DNA of 64,000 nucleotides from Naegleria gruberi (Eukaryota): the NCBI GenBank assembly GCA_000004985.1, contig GG738845.1; one strand, 5' to 3'. The notes below the pieces were generated by a model that was given only the letters and a program-made list of their open reading frames with translations, did not search any database and was not told where the DNA came from. Positions 11,421-21,400 of the stretch are shown here, piece by piece. Every line of letters begins with the position of its first letter. Position 1 is the first letter of the stretch. The position numbers and the translations under genes are program-made.

Positions 11421-13718
11421 ATGCAACCAAACCACTTTTACCCCAACAATAATGCAGGTTTTGGTTTTCATCACCAACCACCAATTCCAATTCCATCATC
11501 ATCTGGTATGATTTATAATCCACAACCTGTGGCTTCTCTTCACAATGACCTTCCGACATCATCACTGATGGTCAATCATTCTCCTCGTAATGTATCACCT
11601 CCACCTTCTTCCATTCCGAATCATGCTCATCAATTTAATTCTTTATCATCACCTCATCCGATATCGATCAATTTAAAACAATCATCAGAGACAATAATGA
11701 TGGACAGTATTAAACTAAACCAATATGAAAATACAATTTATTTAAACCAATTGAGTTATTCAAAAGACTTTGAAATACATCGGAGGAAAATTACAAGTGA
11801 TCTGGAACAAATCAAACTCTTAAATTCAGAAGTGACCCAACTCAAGTCTCAAATTAAAACCCTAAACGAGAAACGAAAGGAATTTCTCAAATCGCTCTAT
11901 GGAAATCATTCAATCATGAATGATGATGACGAGGAGGACGAAGATGAATTGGATATGGAAACTCTATTGATGGAATATGAATATAATGTAAATAATGACA
12001 TGTACACTCCCCATTACCTACCTAAATCAATACCTCAAACCTTATTGAATAACAATATAATGACGAGTAATCAGAGCAATGCTAATACTATGATTAATAA
12101 TAATGGCACAGCTGGTAATAGTAATGGTCACCAAATACCAAATAATGTAAATATGAATCATCAACATCCTCCTCCTCATATCCATTCGAATTATCAATCA
12201 TCATCTTCACATTTAAATTCAAAGTCATTGAGTGCTGTTCCAACTATATCAACAACAGCAAATAAGATATCACAGATAGAAGAATTAGAACAAGTAGAGC
12301 AAAGAGAAATTTCTAGTACCAATCACCCCCACCATTGGAATCATCCTCCTCCTGTTAATAATACCACATCCACTGCTCAACAAACAATAGCCAGTACAAC
12401 TAATACACCTAGGAAACAACATAATCAACAACAAACACCCTCAAATATCATACCACCTCAACAGCACGATGATGCTACAAGTGTCTTTACCACAACCAGT
12501 AATAATTCCAATAACTTTAGAGTTACTACACCATCCAAATCAAAACCTACAGCAACAACAACACCATCTGCCAACAATACCTCCAAGCATAACCAAAGTT
12601 TGAATGAATCTAGGATGGATGATAATGTTTCTACAATCTCACTAAATACATCAAGAACAAGCATTAACAAATCTAAGAATAAGACTAATCTTATTGTTGA
12701 ATCAAAGAAGAGGAAGGAAATTGTGGATATTGATGATAGTGATGACGAAGATGCCAAGTTTTCTCTATTCAAGAGTCCTAAAAAACCAAAACAAGATAAA
12801 ACAGTTAAGGAACTCATAAAACTCAAAAAGAGACAAGAAATTGAAAAACAAAAGAAATTACATTTGATGAATAGATTCGATGATAGGGAATATATCGTCA
12901 TTACAAATAATTCAACACCACCCCAAGTTGAAAAGATTGAATTAAAAGCTGAACAAGAATCAACTCCAAAATCAAAGCAAACACCAACAGAAGAGGAAAT
13001 TGAAGAAGAGGTTATCAAGTCACCAACTATTCACCAACAGGTAGTGAACTTGGTCGAAGAGGAAAACTCTATTGGAGACGACATTCTCTACTACTCCCTC
13101 CTGAGTGGTTGTGTGAAAAAAGATGAGCCTAATAATGATGTCATCCAACCTTCCGAAAAGAAAAAGTCAAGCTCACCACCTCATGCCAATTATAATGGTG
13201 GTGGGGTTAGCTCATCAAATCATTCCAATGAAAAAACAACTAAGAATGTTGCTGTAAATATTCCACCCCAAAAAGATAGTGAACTAAGCCAGTCCGAAAG
13301 TTCTAGCAGTGAGGAAGATGATACCTATGGAAAGTATTTCAAATCAACTAGGAAAAAGAAAAAATCTAAAAAACCAGGCATTGAATGTGAAGACTGCAGA
13401 GAATTCTATTCAGCATGCTTTCCTGATGACGAGGAGAAAAGAAATCGAATTATCAGAGAGTGTTCAAGGCACAGACATGGCCACCATCACCCCAATAAGA
13501 GTCCCTCTTCTCTCAACCAATCTCCAATAATTGTTGGAGCTCACCAAGCACCCTCATCAACACCACATCAACAATCAACTTCTTCCACTGCTGCCAAACC
13601 TTCTGTGAATTTTGACTCAGTTCCTGGCACACCTCCTGAATATTGGAATTTAGGTGATGGTCCAACTGATACATTTGTAGAAAATGAAGATGAAACGCAA
13701 CTTTCCAAGAGTTATTAA
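11421..13718 (+). CDS. low-complexity N/Q/S/T/P-rich nuclear-type protein with C-terminal Cys/His cluster
   Basis: A single 765-aa ORF starts at ATG 11421 in an AAAAAAATG context, with poly-N, poly-S and acidic runs. The C-terminus is CEDCREFYSACFPDDEEKRNRIIRECSRHRHGHHH, a possible zinc-binding module. I recognise no family. Confidence 0.55.
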   Translation: MQPNHFYPNNNAGFGFHHQPPIPIPSSSGMIYNPQPVASLHNDLPTSSLMVNHSPRNVSPPPSSIPNHAHQFNSLSSPHPISINLKQSSETIMMDSIKLNQYENTIYLNQLSYSKDFEIHRRKITSDLEQIKLLNSEVTQLKSQIKTLNEKRKEFLKSLYGNHSIMNDDDEEDEDELDMETLLMEYEYNVNNDMYTPHYLPKSIPQTLLNNNIMTSNQSNANTMINNNGTAGNSNGHQIPNNVNMNHQHPPPHIHSNYQSSSSHLNSKSLSAVPTISTTANKISQIEELEQVEQREISSTNHPHHWNHPPPVNNTTSTAQQTIASTTNTPRKQHNQQQTPSNIIPPQQHDDATSVFTTTSNNSNNFRVTTPSKSKPTATTTPSANNTSKHNQSLNESRMDDNVSTISLNTSRTSINKSKNKTNLIVESKKRKEIVDIDDSDDEDAKFSLFKSPKKPKQDKTVKELIKLKKRQEIEKQKKLHLMNRFDDREYIVITNNSTPPQVEKIELKAEQESTPKSKQTPTEEEIEEEVIKSPTIHQQVVNLVEEENSIGDDILYYSLLSGCVKKDEPNNDVIQPSEKKKSSSPPHANYNGGGVSSSNHSNEKTTKNVAVNIPPQKDSELSQSESSSSEEDDTYGKYFKSTRKKKKSKKPGIECEDCREFYSACFPDDEEKRNRIIRECSRHRHGHHHPNKSPSSLNQSPIIVGAHQAPSSTPHQQSTSSTAAKPSVNFDSVPGTPPEYWNLGDGPTDTFVENEDETQLSKSY

Positions 13719-13746
13719 GCAATAGGAAAAAAATGAATAAATAATT

Positions 13747-16503
13747 TTATTCCAACAATGCAAAACAATACAATACTGGTGACTGATTTGAATATCTGGG
13801 AGTGGCATTTGAGGTTCTTCTTGATATGTTTTGATGGTAGCTACTGAGACTATTTTGATGATTTGAAGAAAAGTGCAAATTATTTGAATTGGCACCTGAG
13901 TTTGGATATGCAGATGCAAAGTCCATCTGAGGTTGGAAAACATCAAAGGCTTCGTAGGCCTTTGTAATGAGTTTGGTTTCATAGCTTTGAGGAATATCTT
14001 GTTTCAACTCTTCCATTTGATGAGTCATGAAATTGTAAACCTGAGATTTACACTCTTTTGAAATTGGCGTCAATCTTACATCCAAGTAATGAAGTTGAGA
14101 TCGCTCAAATTCAAAATTGATACTTGTTAAATTTTTACAAGAACTAATTTCCAATCTGAATAATTTGGAGAGCACCAGAGAATCTGAATATTCTTCCTCT
14201 TTGTGTTGACTTTTCTGAATAAGGCTACTAAGGTTGCTCATGTTATTGTTTCCACTGTGGTTAATGTTCTGTAGAGAACATGTACCTATTGGAAGATGTA
14301 AATTTCTAAGTTCATTACATGAATTCAATTTGAGAGTCAATAGCTCCAAGCTTGTAACTTGATTCAGAACGCCATTCCAAAGATCCTCATCATTAACACT
14401 CGAATAACTTAAATCTAAATGTAATAATCCACTACATTTGATAACTGGATGAGTCACATTTGAACAGTATCTCATCACTAGAGTTTCCAAATGTTTCATT
14501 TCAATGTGTGGCTTGACGAGTTTTTTACATTGTGAAACATTGAGTGTTTGTAAAACTCCAAAGAGTTGAGATAACATTTCTTCAAGTGTAGAATCTGTAA
14601 TACATGTATTGGTTAAATCCAAGTGACACAAGTTTTGACCCATCGTAAGGTAAATATTATTATTCATATTACCATACTCTATCATTTCATTCTTGAAATG
14701 AATTTGTGTCAAATTTCTATTATTTGAAAAGTCAATAATTTTCACTGTAGTATTATCTGATAGAGAAACATTTCTATATCTGAAAAGAGGAATACTTGGT
14801 GTCTTTAAATTACAATCTACAATTTCTAAATTTTCTAAAAATCTACAATTCTTAACAATTACATTCAAACTTTGATCATCAAGTTCATAAAATGAATGCA
14901 ATCTCAAGTTGACTAGATTATTAAAACGGATAATCAAATTTGTCAAATCCTCAATAATATCAATAGCCACTGACTTTTTCAAGAAGAATACATTTTCATT
15001 ACAATACACCATATCTAATGATTTAAATGACTGATAAATAATCTTGTACCACCATTTACATGTAAGTGCTAATATAGGAAATATTTCTTCAAAAATACAA
15101 TATTGAAATATTCTCAAGAATAAATCATTTGGTAATTGATAAATCTTTGAGGTTTGATCCAAATCCAATTTCAGAAATTCAATCACACTATCAAATGATA
15201 AAAAATCTGATTCCTTCACAGTATTTGTAAGGTATGAATCCAGATCAGAATTACCCTTGCACATTAAATCCAAATACGTTTGAAGTGACTCTTTTCTTTT
15301 TTGTACATTTTCAGGTTTAAAATTACCTATCAAGATTTTTGGTGGAAGTTTTGGCAGTTCCAAGTCTTTGGAAATTTCACAATTTTTCAATTTAGTTCTA
15401 TGCTCTTTCAGGAGTGATTTGTGTAATTTACTGAATTGAGAGTATCTCTTCTCTATGCACCATGAACGAGAGAAATTATTTCCCTTTCTAACTCGTAACA
15501 AGTATATCAAGTGTGCACCCTTTGTCATTTCATCATTATTATTCCTTCTACCTCCTCCGGGTGATAATGGTTCTTCAATGGGAATAGATGAATTATTGTA
15601 AGTATTTGTATAATTATTATAATTGTTATAATTGTTATTATAGTTATTATTATTGTAATTGTTGAAATTATTAGAATAATTATTGTTGGTATTGAAAATC
15701 ATTGGATTAGAAGAAACAACATTCGGAGTGCTTGGTTTTAAATTCTTCGATAATTGATTTTGATATTGAGAATATGGCATTTGAATATTCATTGAAGCAT
15801 CACAATATATAATATCAATAATATCAACAGTAGTATGTCTTTGTTGCTGATTTGCATTTTGATCAGCATTTGGTGATAGAGCATAATTATTGTAATAATT
15901 ATCATTAATTGTTGGTGCACTGCTATAGGATGTTATATTACTTGTTGGACTGGTGGAATCTTGCAAAGTATAACTGCTAGTTCCGACTCCACTTTTCAGA
16001 TAACAATCAACAAGATTTTCATTGATGAAATTGGAATTATTTCGTTGAAGTGTTTGTCTTCTCTTTCGTAGAAATTTAGAAGGTGAAGGTAAAATTGATG
16101 TTGATGATTGATTATCCTTGTTATTATTATTTAAATTGTTATTAGAATTAGAACGAGGCAAGAAGAGGGGAGGAATGAGATGAGCAAATAATCCACCTCC
16201 TCCTCCATTGTTGTGTTGATTATGATTGTTAGATGTTGTTGATGATGATGGAGGTATTAATTGATTAGTTGATGAAGTCAATCGTTTGATATCTTGTTGT
16301 AAGAGTGCATTGGAAATTACTTGAGGAGAGGAAACAGGCTGGCTATCTGATCGTTTACGATTGTTAGGATTTTCAATTTGAATGTTAGGTGTTGTTGTTG
16401 TTGTATGGGTAGATGATATTGGCACTCCCGAAGTAGAATGTCTTGTCGATGAGGAGGACGAAGAAGTAGTATTCAACAAGTGGTAATTATTATTGGTACT
16501 CAT
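13747..16503 (-). CDS. PX-domain + F-box + leucine-rich-repeat protein
   Basis: The 918-aa ORF starts with an N/S-rich low-complexity region. The PX domain matches the RYSDF...LP.LP......RR..L..YL pattern in RVRKGNNFSRSWCIEKRYSQFSKLHKSLL...LELPKLPPKILIGNFKPENVQKRKESLQTYLDLM. An F-box-like LPNDLFLRIFQYCIFEEIFPILALTCKWWYKIIYQ follows, then about 10 cysteine-containing LRRs (CxxLxxLxLxxC...). Confidence 0.7.
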   Translation of the reverse strand: MSTNNNYHLLNTTSSSSSSTRHSTSGVPISSTHTTTTTPNIQIENPNNRKRSDSQPVSSPQVISNALLQQDIKRLTSSTNQLIPPSSSTTSNNHNQHNNGGGGGLFAHLIPPLFLPRSNSNNNLNNNNKDNQSSTSILPSPSKFLRKRRQTLQRNNSNFINENLVDCYLKSGVGTSSYTLQDSTSPTSNITSYSSAPTINDNYYNNYALSPNADQNANQQQRHTTVDIIDIIYCDASMNIQMPYSQYQNQLSKNLKPSTPNVVSSNPMIFNTNNNYSNNFNNYNNNNYNNNYNNYNNYTNTYNNSSIPIEEPLSPGGGRRNNNDEMTKGAHLIYLLRVRKGNNFSRSWCIEKRYSQFSKLHKSLLKEHRTKLKNCEISKDLELPKLPPKILIGNFKPENVQKRKESLQTYLDLMCKGNSDLDSYLTNTVKESDFLSFDSVIEFLKLDLDQTSKIYQLPNDLFLRIFQYCIFEEIFPILALTCKWWYKIIYQSFKSLDMVYCNENVFFLKKSVAIDIIEDLTNLIIRFNNLVNLRLHSFYELDDQSLNVIVKNCRFLENLEIVDCNLKTPSIPLFRYRNVSLSDNTTVKIIDFSNNRNLTQIHFKNEMIEYGNMNNNIYLTMGQNLCHLDLTNTCITDSTLEEMLSQLFGVLQTLNVSQCKKLVKPHIEMKHLETLVMRYCSNVTHPVIKCSGLLHLDLSYSSVNDEDLWNGVLNQVTSLELLTLKLNSCNELRNLHLPIGTCSLQNINHSGNNNMSNLSSLIQKSQHKEEEYSDSLVLSKLFRLEISSCKNLTSINFEFERSQLHYLDVRLTPISKECKSQVYNFMTHQMEELKQDIPQSYETKLITKAYEAFDVFQPQMDFASAYPNSGANSNNLHFSSNHQNSLSSYHQNISRRTSNATPRYSNQSPVLYCFALLE

Positions 16504-17094
16504 CTCCTTTGTTTCTTGTTATTCTTGGTGATGAGGAGAAATGGCCGATCACAATTTTTTCAACAATTTCTAGAGTTGCAACTGGGATAAATTATTATTG
16601 CTCGGGTCTACTTTTATTTGCTAGTGTGTTATTCAAGTAGAGGAGTAACAATGATGAAGATGGGGGTTAATGCTGATGAATAGTAGTACTTGGTTTTGAT
16701 TTTTTCAAAGAGACAATTTGATTCTTCTCTGTGGCAGTAAATTGTTTGCTATGTGGGCATACTGCTTACTACCGTAAATCCAGAAACATGTATTATATGG
16801 AGTTGAATAATGCCAAGAAGAGAAGGGACACAAAAGTTGATCCCTCCACAGTGTTCGGTCATGAAAAAGTAGCGACACTGTGCACTCTCACAGAGATTGA
16901 GAACTGTTCTTGAGGATTCATTAAGCAATATTATCATGTAAAACAATTTTTTAAAACCACTAACTAACTCTATCACCCTTCTTCATATGATAAATTTTCT
17001 AAAGTTCCCTTATAACAACGAGTATTTTCAAAAACAAATAAGGTATTAAGAGTAAAAAGAATTGTAGTCAAGTTGAAAAAAAATTGAATGAGCA

Positions 17095-19366
17095 ATGAAT
17101 GAAGGTGGAGGAGTTAATTCAAATAGTGGATTTGGTGGTATTAGTTCTTGTAATAATAATAACATTAATAATGGAGGAGCCACATCTTCGGGACTGATAA
17201 ATATCAATAAGGAGGATCACAAACTAGTTGTAAATCAGGAACAGCTACTTCTCATGCAAAAGGAATTTTCCAAGCAAAAGATTCATCAAAAGGATTTAAT
17301 TCTTCCCGATTTGAATCATAATTTGCACTTTCACAACTCTCGTCGAGTTTCTGTCATAAAGCAGAGAAGAGTTTCTCTCTCCTCACAATCCTCATCACCA
17401 ACACATTTTGTTCCATTAGAGTTTTCGGAATTAACAAAGAAAAGATCAGCCTCTCCAGTTAAAACACATCAACAACGTTCCTCATCAACCATTTCGTTTA
17501 ATCAGCAGCATCGAAAATTTCAATCCTTTCATTCACCACTAGCATTGGAAGTTTCTAAAAGGTAAGTTTATGCATATTCACATTGCTCTTAATTTGCATG
17601 ATAAAAGAGAGCTTGTCAATAGGAGTGTACCCCTTAAATTAAGCAAACACAGCTCCTCTTTCACAACAAAAAAGGAGGAAGCCACAACTATCAACTCTGC
17701 AACATCTATTATCGAGAATGAAAGTGAGGAATTGTCAGAAGATGATTCAGATTTATTGACTAGTTCCGAAGATGAGCATCACTTTTCTACCTCGTCATCT
17801 GATGGAGAAGAGGAGGAAATTGAAATTCTTGCTCCTGAGGAATCAATTCAAGTTCAGAATAATGAATTGGAAACAAGTGATAGTGCTACAACTCCTTCAA
17901 TACCAGAAGAAATTAATGAGGTTCCATTCATTTCAGAGAATTATCGAGGAAATCTACTATTTGATGCCTCATTCGAATCTGGTAATTTGGACAGAGTGAT
18001 ACGAGTCGATGAGAATGAGTATGATCTCTACATTAGAGGTGATACATTCAGTGGAGGAAAACGAATGTGGTACTATTTCAAAGTTTCCAATGTTAAAAAG
18101 AATCAAAAGGTACTATTCACCGTTACAAATCTATGTAAAGATAAATCTCTCTATAGGAAGGGAATGACACCTCTAGTGTCGAGCACGAGTAGACCTCGAT
18201 GGGAAAGAATTCCTGAAAAACAAGTTTACTATTACAAGAAAACGGCCAAATACAACACCATTGTGAATAATAGTAATTTACTATCATTTGTATTTATATT
18301 TGATAATGAGCAGGATGATTATTACTTTTCCTATTCATTTCCTTATACATATACTGATTTACAAAAGTATCTATTTGTGATTGAGAGTAAGCAATTGAAA
18401 TATTTTCACAGATCTGTGCTGTGTAGAACGACACAGAATAGAAAATTGGATTGTCTCACTATTACTAGTGTTAATAATTGTAAAAATCACCACTATATCA
18501 ATAATGTAAATTTAAACTCTATATTTGAAAACATTCCTCATAACACACCAAGTACATCCACAATGTCCGAATTGACTGACATTTCACCAACGATTCTAAC
18601 ACCACCAAGCATAGCGAAAAACATTGTAATCACCAATGAACTCACCTTAGAAAGTCAAACTAAAAAGAGGATTGTATTTGTCACATGCAGAGTTCATCCA
18701 GGAGAATCACCAGCAAGTTATGTTTGTCATGGATTTATCAGTTTTATTTGCTCAAATCATCCAATTGCAGTTCAATTAAGAGAAATGCTCATTTTCAAAA
18801 TTGTACCCATGTTGAATCCAGATGGGGTAGCTATTGGGAACTATAGATGTTGCAGTATGGGATTTGATCTCAATAGACACTGGCTCAACCCTCAAGAATG
18901 GTCGCACCCAACTATTTACCACGTCAGAAAATACTTGCTTCAACTGAAACATGATCCAAACTTTCAAGTGGACTTTTTCATGGATTTACACTCACACTCT
19001 GGAGCAAATAATGGCTTTATGTATGTTAATTACACCTCGAAAACATCTCCAGATGATCAATTGAGATTCCCAAAATTGTTAAATGCAAGAGCAAGAGAAT
19101 TTTCAATGAATGACACAAAGAGGTGCAGAGATCCTTCAAAGATGGGAGCTTCAAGAAGAGTTCTTGGTCAGGTTTTAAATGTGGCAAAGTATTGTTACAC
19201 CTTGGAGGTTTCATTCTTTGGGTATTCGGCTGGTACAGATGTCCAACCCTCTTCGAAACATGTTCCATTTTCGATAGAGAACTATTTCAACTTGGGGAAG
19301 AATATGTGTTTGGCACTGGCCGATTTTTATGGCATTGAAACCCCTACATCTTCAGAAGATGTTTAA
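17095..19366 (+). CDS. cytosolic carboxypeptidase, M14 family (Nna1/CCP-like); join(17095..17561,17623..19366)
   Basis: Exon 1 ends at a GTAAGT donor at 17562, and the 61-nt intron ends CAATAG at 17622, keeping the frame (..SKR|SVPLKL..). It has an acidic S/E-rich linker and the M14 zinc-binding motifs HPGESPASY (HxxE), NRHW and DLHSHS in the right order for the CCP subfamily. Confidence 0.75.
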
Positions 19367-19512
19367 GAAAAATATTGTTCAATAAAAGGAAGGAACATTA
19401 TTTTTGTGTGTGAAAATAAATACATCTTTACTGTAAAACATACAAAATTGTTACAAAACACAAAGTTGCTCTTTTTAAGGATTACTCAACAATTTTTAAT
19501 GTTATCTTCGAG

Positions 19513-19603
19513 GGTGCGATGGTCGAGTGGTCTAAGACGACACGTTTAGGAGTGATAAATTCCGTGTTCCGCAAGGGCGTGGGTTCAAATCCCACTCGCA
19601 TCA
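19513..19603 (+). tRNA. tRNA-Leu(UAG): tRNA-Leu (anticodon UAG) with 11-nt intron at the canonical 37/38 position
   Basis: The acceptor stem GGTGCGA pairs with TCGCATC, with one G-U pair. The D arm GTC-GAGTGGTCTAA-GAC carries the Leu-type A box TGGTCGAGTGG. The anticodon stem is ACACG/CGTGT with loop TT-TAG-G, interrupted by AGTGATAAATT (19551..19561). A long variable arm TCCGCAAGGGC marks it as type II, and the T arm GTGGGTTCAAATCCCAC carries the B box. Discriminator A is followed by a T6 run. Confidence 0.85.
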
Positions 19604-19610
19604 GTTTTTT
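19604..19610 (+). terminator. RNA polymerase III terminator (oligo-T) after tRNA-Leu
   Basis: GTTTTTT sits immediately 3' of the discriminator base. Confidence 0.6.
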
Positions 19611-19846
19611 ATTCTTGCATTTAATTATTGGATCGTTTGTTGTGCATTAGGAATTGTAACTTAAACGGAGATTAACTTTGAATCACAATCTTAGCCTATG
19701 ATCAATTACCACAGAAGGAAAGGGTTGAATCTTTCGTTTACAATTTCTCTGGATTTCTTGATCGTTGCATCTTTATTTTATTCCAGTTCAACGTTGTGTA
19801 TATGAAATTAACCTGAACTAAAACAATTTACACAACAACAAAAAAA

Positions 19847-21232
19847 ATGAGTAAACGAGCAAGAGAGGATTTTAGTGAATATGAAAATTCACATTCCAAC
19901 AAAATAACAAAAAACGAATCTTTAGGAAATGATAAGAAATCATTATTTCCAGACGAAATTTACCATGAAATAATTTCCTTCCTCGATGACAAATTCAAAA
20001 TTTTAACTTGTTCTTTAATTTCAAAACAAGTTTTCAATGTTATTCGAAAATATTCGAAACTTATCCTCCGCTTTTGCAGACCGATTGAATCAAATGAAAA
20101 AATGATGAATAATCAATTTTTAGAAAATATTGTGGAATTGAGAATCAGCACAATAATGCTAAATGCCAAAGTTTTGGCAAATATTTTGGAATCTTTCAAG
20201 TTTATGACACAATTGACTTCATTGGAAATTCCTAATGTGGATTTGGGGGAAATTAGTGAAAGTTACTTTCATGTCAAGGATATTCCTAAAGCAGGTATAA
20301 TATTCTGTCAAGCAATTAGTCAATTAACCAATTTACAAAAGCTAAATGTTAACAATTGTAAAATTGGAAATTTAGGAGTTCAATTTATTACTCAATTAGG
20401 AAATTTAATGGAGCTCAGTGTTATCAATACAGGAATGGATGCCAAGGGATTGAACTTAATTGCTACCCGATTGAAAAATTTAACCAAGTTGCAGTTTAAT
20501 GGAACAGTGCAACATGTTACATCACTGTCAAACATGAAACAATTGACATCTCTTAGTATGGGATTTGATGTCGATGTAGATGTGAAGGGTGCTAAAGCAA
20601 TTAGTGAAATGAATAATTTGACAAATCTTAGTTTGAACACCAATGATGAAGGTCTTGAAGAAATTTGTAAAATGACACAATTGACCAGTTTAAAAGTTTG
20701 TGGATTTTATTTAACAACTTTAGGATTGAAGTTTCTACCTCGATTGAAAAAATTAAGAAAACTAAATCTTAATGATCATGAAGATTTTGGCAATGAAGGT
20801 GCCAAATTAATAAGTGAACTTGATCAACTGACAAGTCTAGAAATTAATGATATAGGAATTGATAAAAAAGGAGCCAAGTTTATTACCAATTTGAAACAAT
20901 TAACAAGCCTAACCATTTCTAATAACCCAATATTCAATGAAGGAGTTAAATATCTTACAGAATTGCCACAATTGACCAATCTCAATGCACGTTTTACTAA
21001 AATAGACAACGAAGGAGTCAAGTATTTGAGTGAAATGGCCAATTTGAAAATTCTAAATATCAAACGAAACTATGTACAAGATTTAGGAGTTGAATCAATT
21101 TGTGGAATGAAAAATTTAACTGAATTAGATATTGAACAGAATGAGATTTCGGAAGAAGGTGTTGCAAAACTCAAAGAAATGAAACAATTGAAAGTGTTAA
21201 AAAAGGCGGATCAACGAGCTTCAAAAGAATGA
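19847..21232 (+). CDS. F-box + RNI-type leucine-rich-repeat protein
   Basis: The N-terminal F-box-like segment is FPDEIYHEIISFLDDKFKILTCSLISKQVFNVI. It is followed by about 12 repeats of roughly 24 aa, such as IxNEGVKYLSEMxQLTxLNI (ribonuclease-inhibitor-like LRR). ATG lies in an AAAAAAAATG context. Confidence 0.7.
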   Translation: MSKRAREDFSEYENSHSNKITKNESLGNDKKSLFPDEIYHEIISFLDDKFKILTCSLISKQVFNVIRKYSKLILRFCRPIESNEKMMNNQFLENIVELRISTIMLNAKVLANILESFKFMTQLTSLEIPNVDLGEISESYFHVKDIPKAGIIFCQAISQLTNLQKLNVNNCKIGNLGVQFITQLGNLMELSVINTGMDAKGLNLIATRLKNLTKLQFNGTVQHVTSLSNMKQLTSLSMGFDVDVDVKGAKAISEMNNLTNLSLNTNDEGLEEICKMTQLTSLKVCGFYLTTLGLKFLPRLKKLRKLNLNDHEDFGNEGAKLISELDQLTSLEINDIGIDKKGAKFITNLKQLTSLTISNNPIFNEGVKYLTELPQLTNLNARFTKIDNEGVKYLSEMANLKILNIKRNYVQDLGVESICGMKNLTELDIEQNEISEEGVAKLKEMKQLKVLKKADQRASKE

Positions 21233-21400
21233 ATAATATAGTATTCAACATTCCAATTTTACATAATATTAACAATGAAAATTAAATACTTTCCCTACAT
21301 TGTTGTAAGGCTTTGTTGCTTCACTTAAATCTTGCCAATCTGAACATAGAGCAATGATAAATTTTTTATGGTCTAATTAACTAGTTGTCTTACTACGGTA

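Noticed and set aside
12458-13018. 186-aa antisense ORF inside the 11421..13718 gene (also 5371..5843, 33932..34462, 39544..39859 and 41463..41873 antisense ORFs)
   Set aside because: These are shadow ORFs through low-complexity or repetitive coding sequence on the opposite strand. They are S/L/F-rich with no start context or motifs. The sense-strand genes have clear homology or structure.
15590-15700. Apparent tandem repeat ttataattgttataattgttattatagttatt on the plus strand
   Set aside because: It is the antisense of a poly-Asn/Tyr coding tract (NNYNNNYNNY) in the PX-F-box gene. It is coding low complexity, not a satellite or mobile element.
19367-19846. Expected TRE/DGLT-type retrotransposon next to the tRNA gene
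   Set aside because: The flanks are short unique sequence running straight into neighbouring genes. They have no ORF fragments, LTRs or poly-A tracts.
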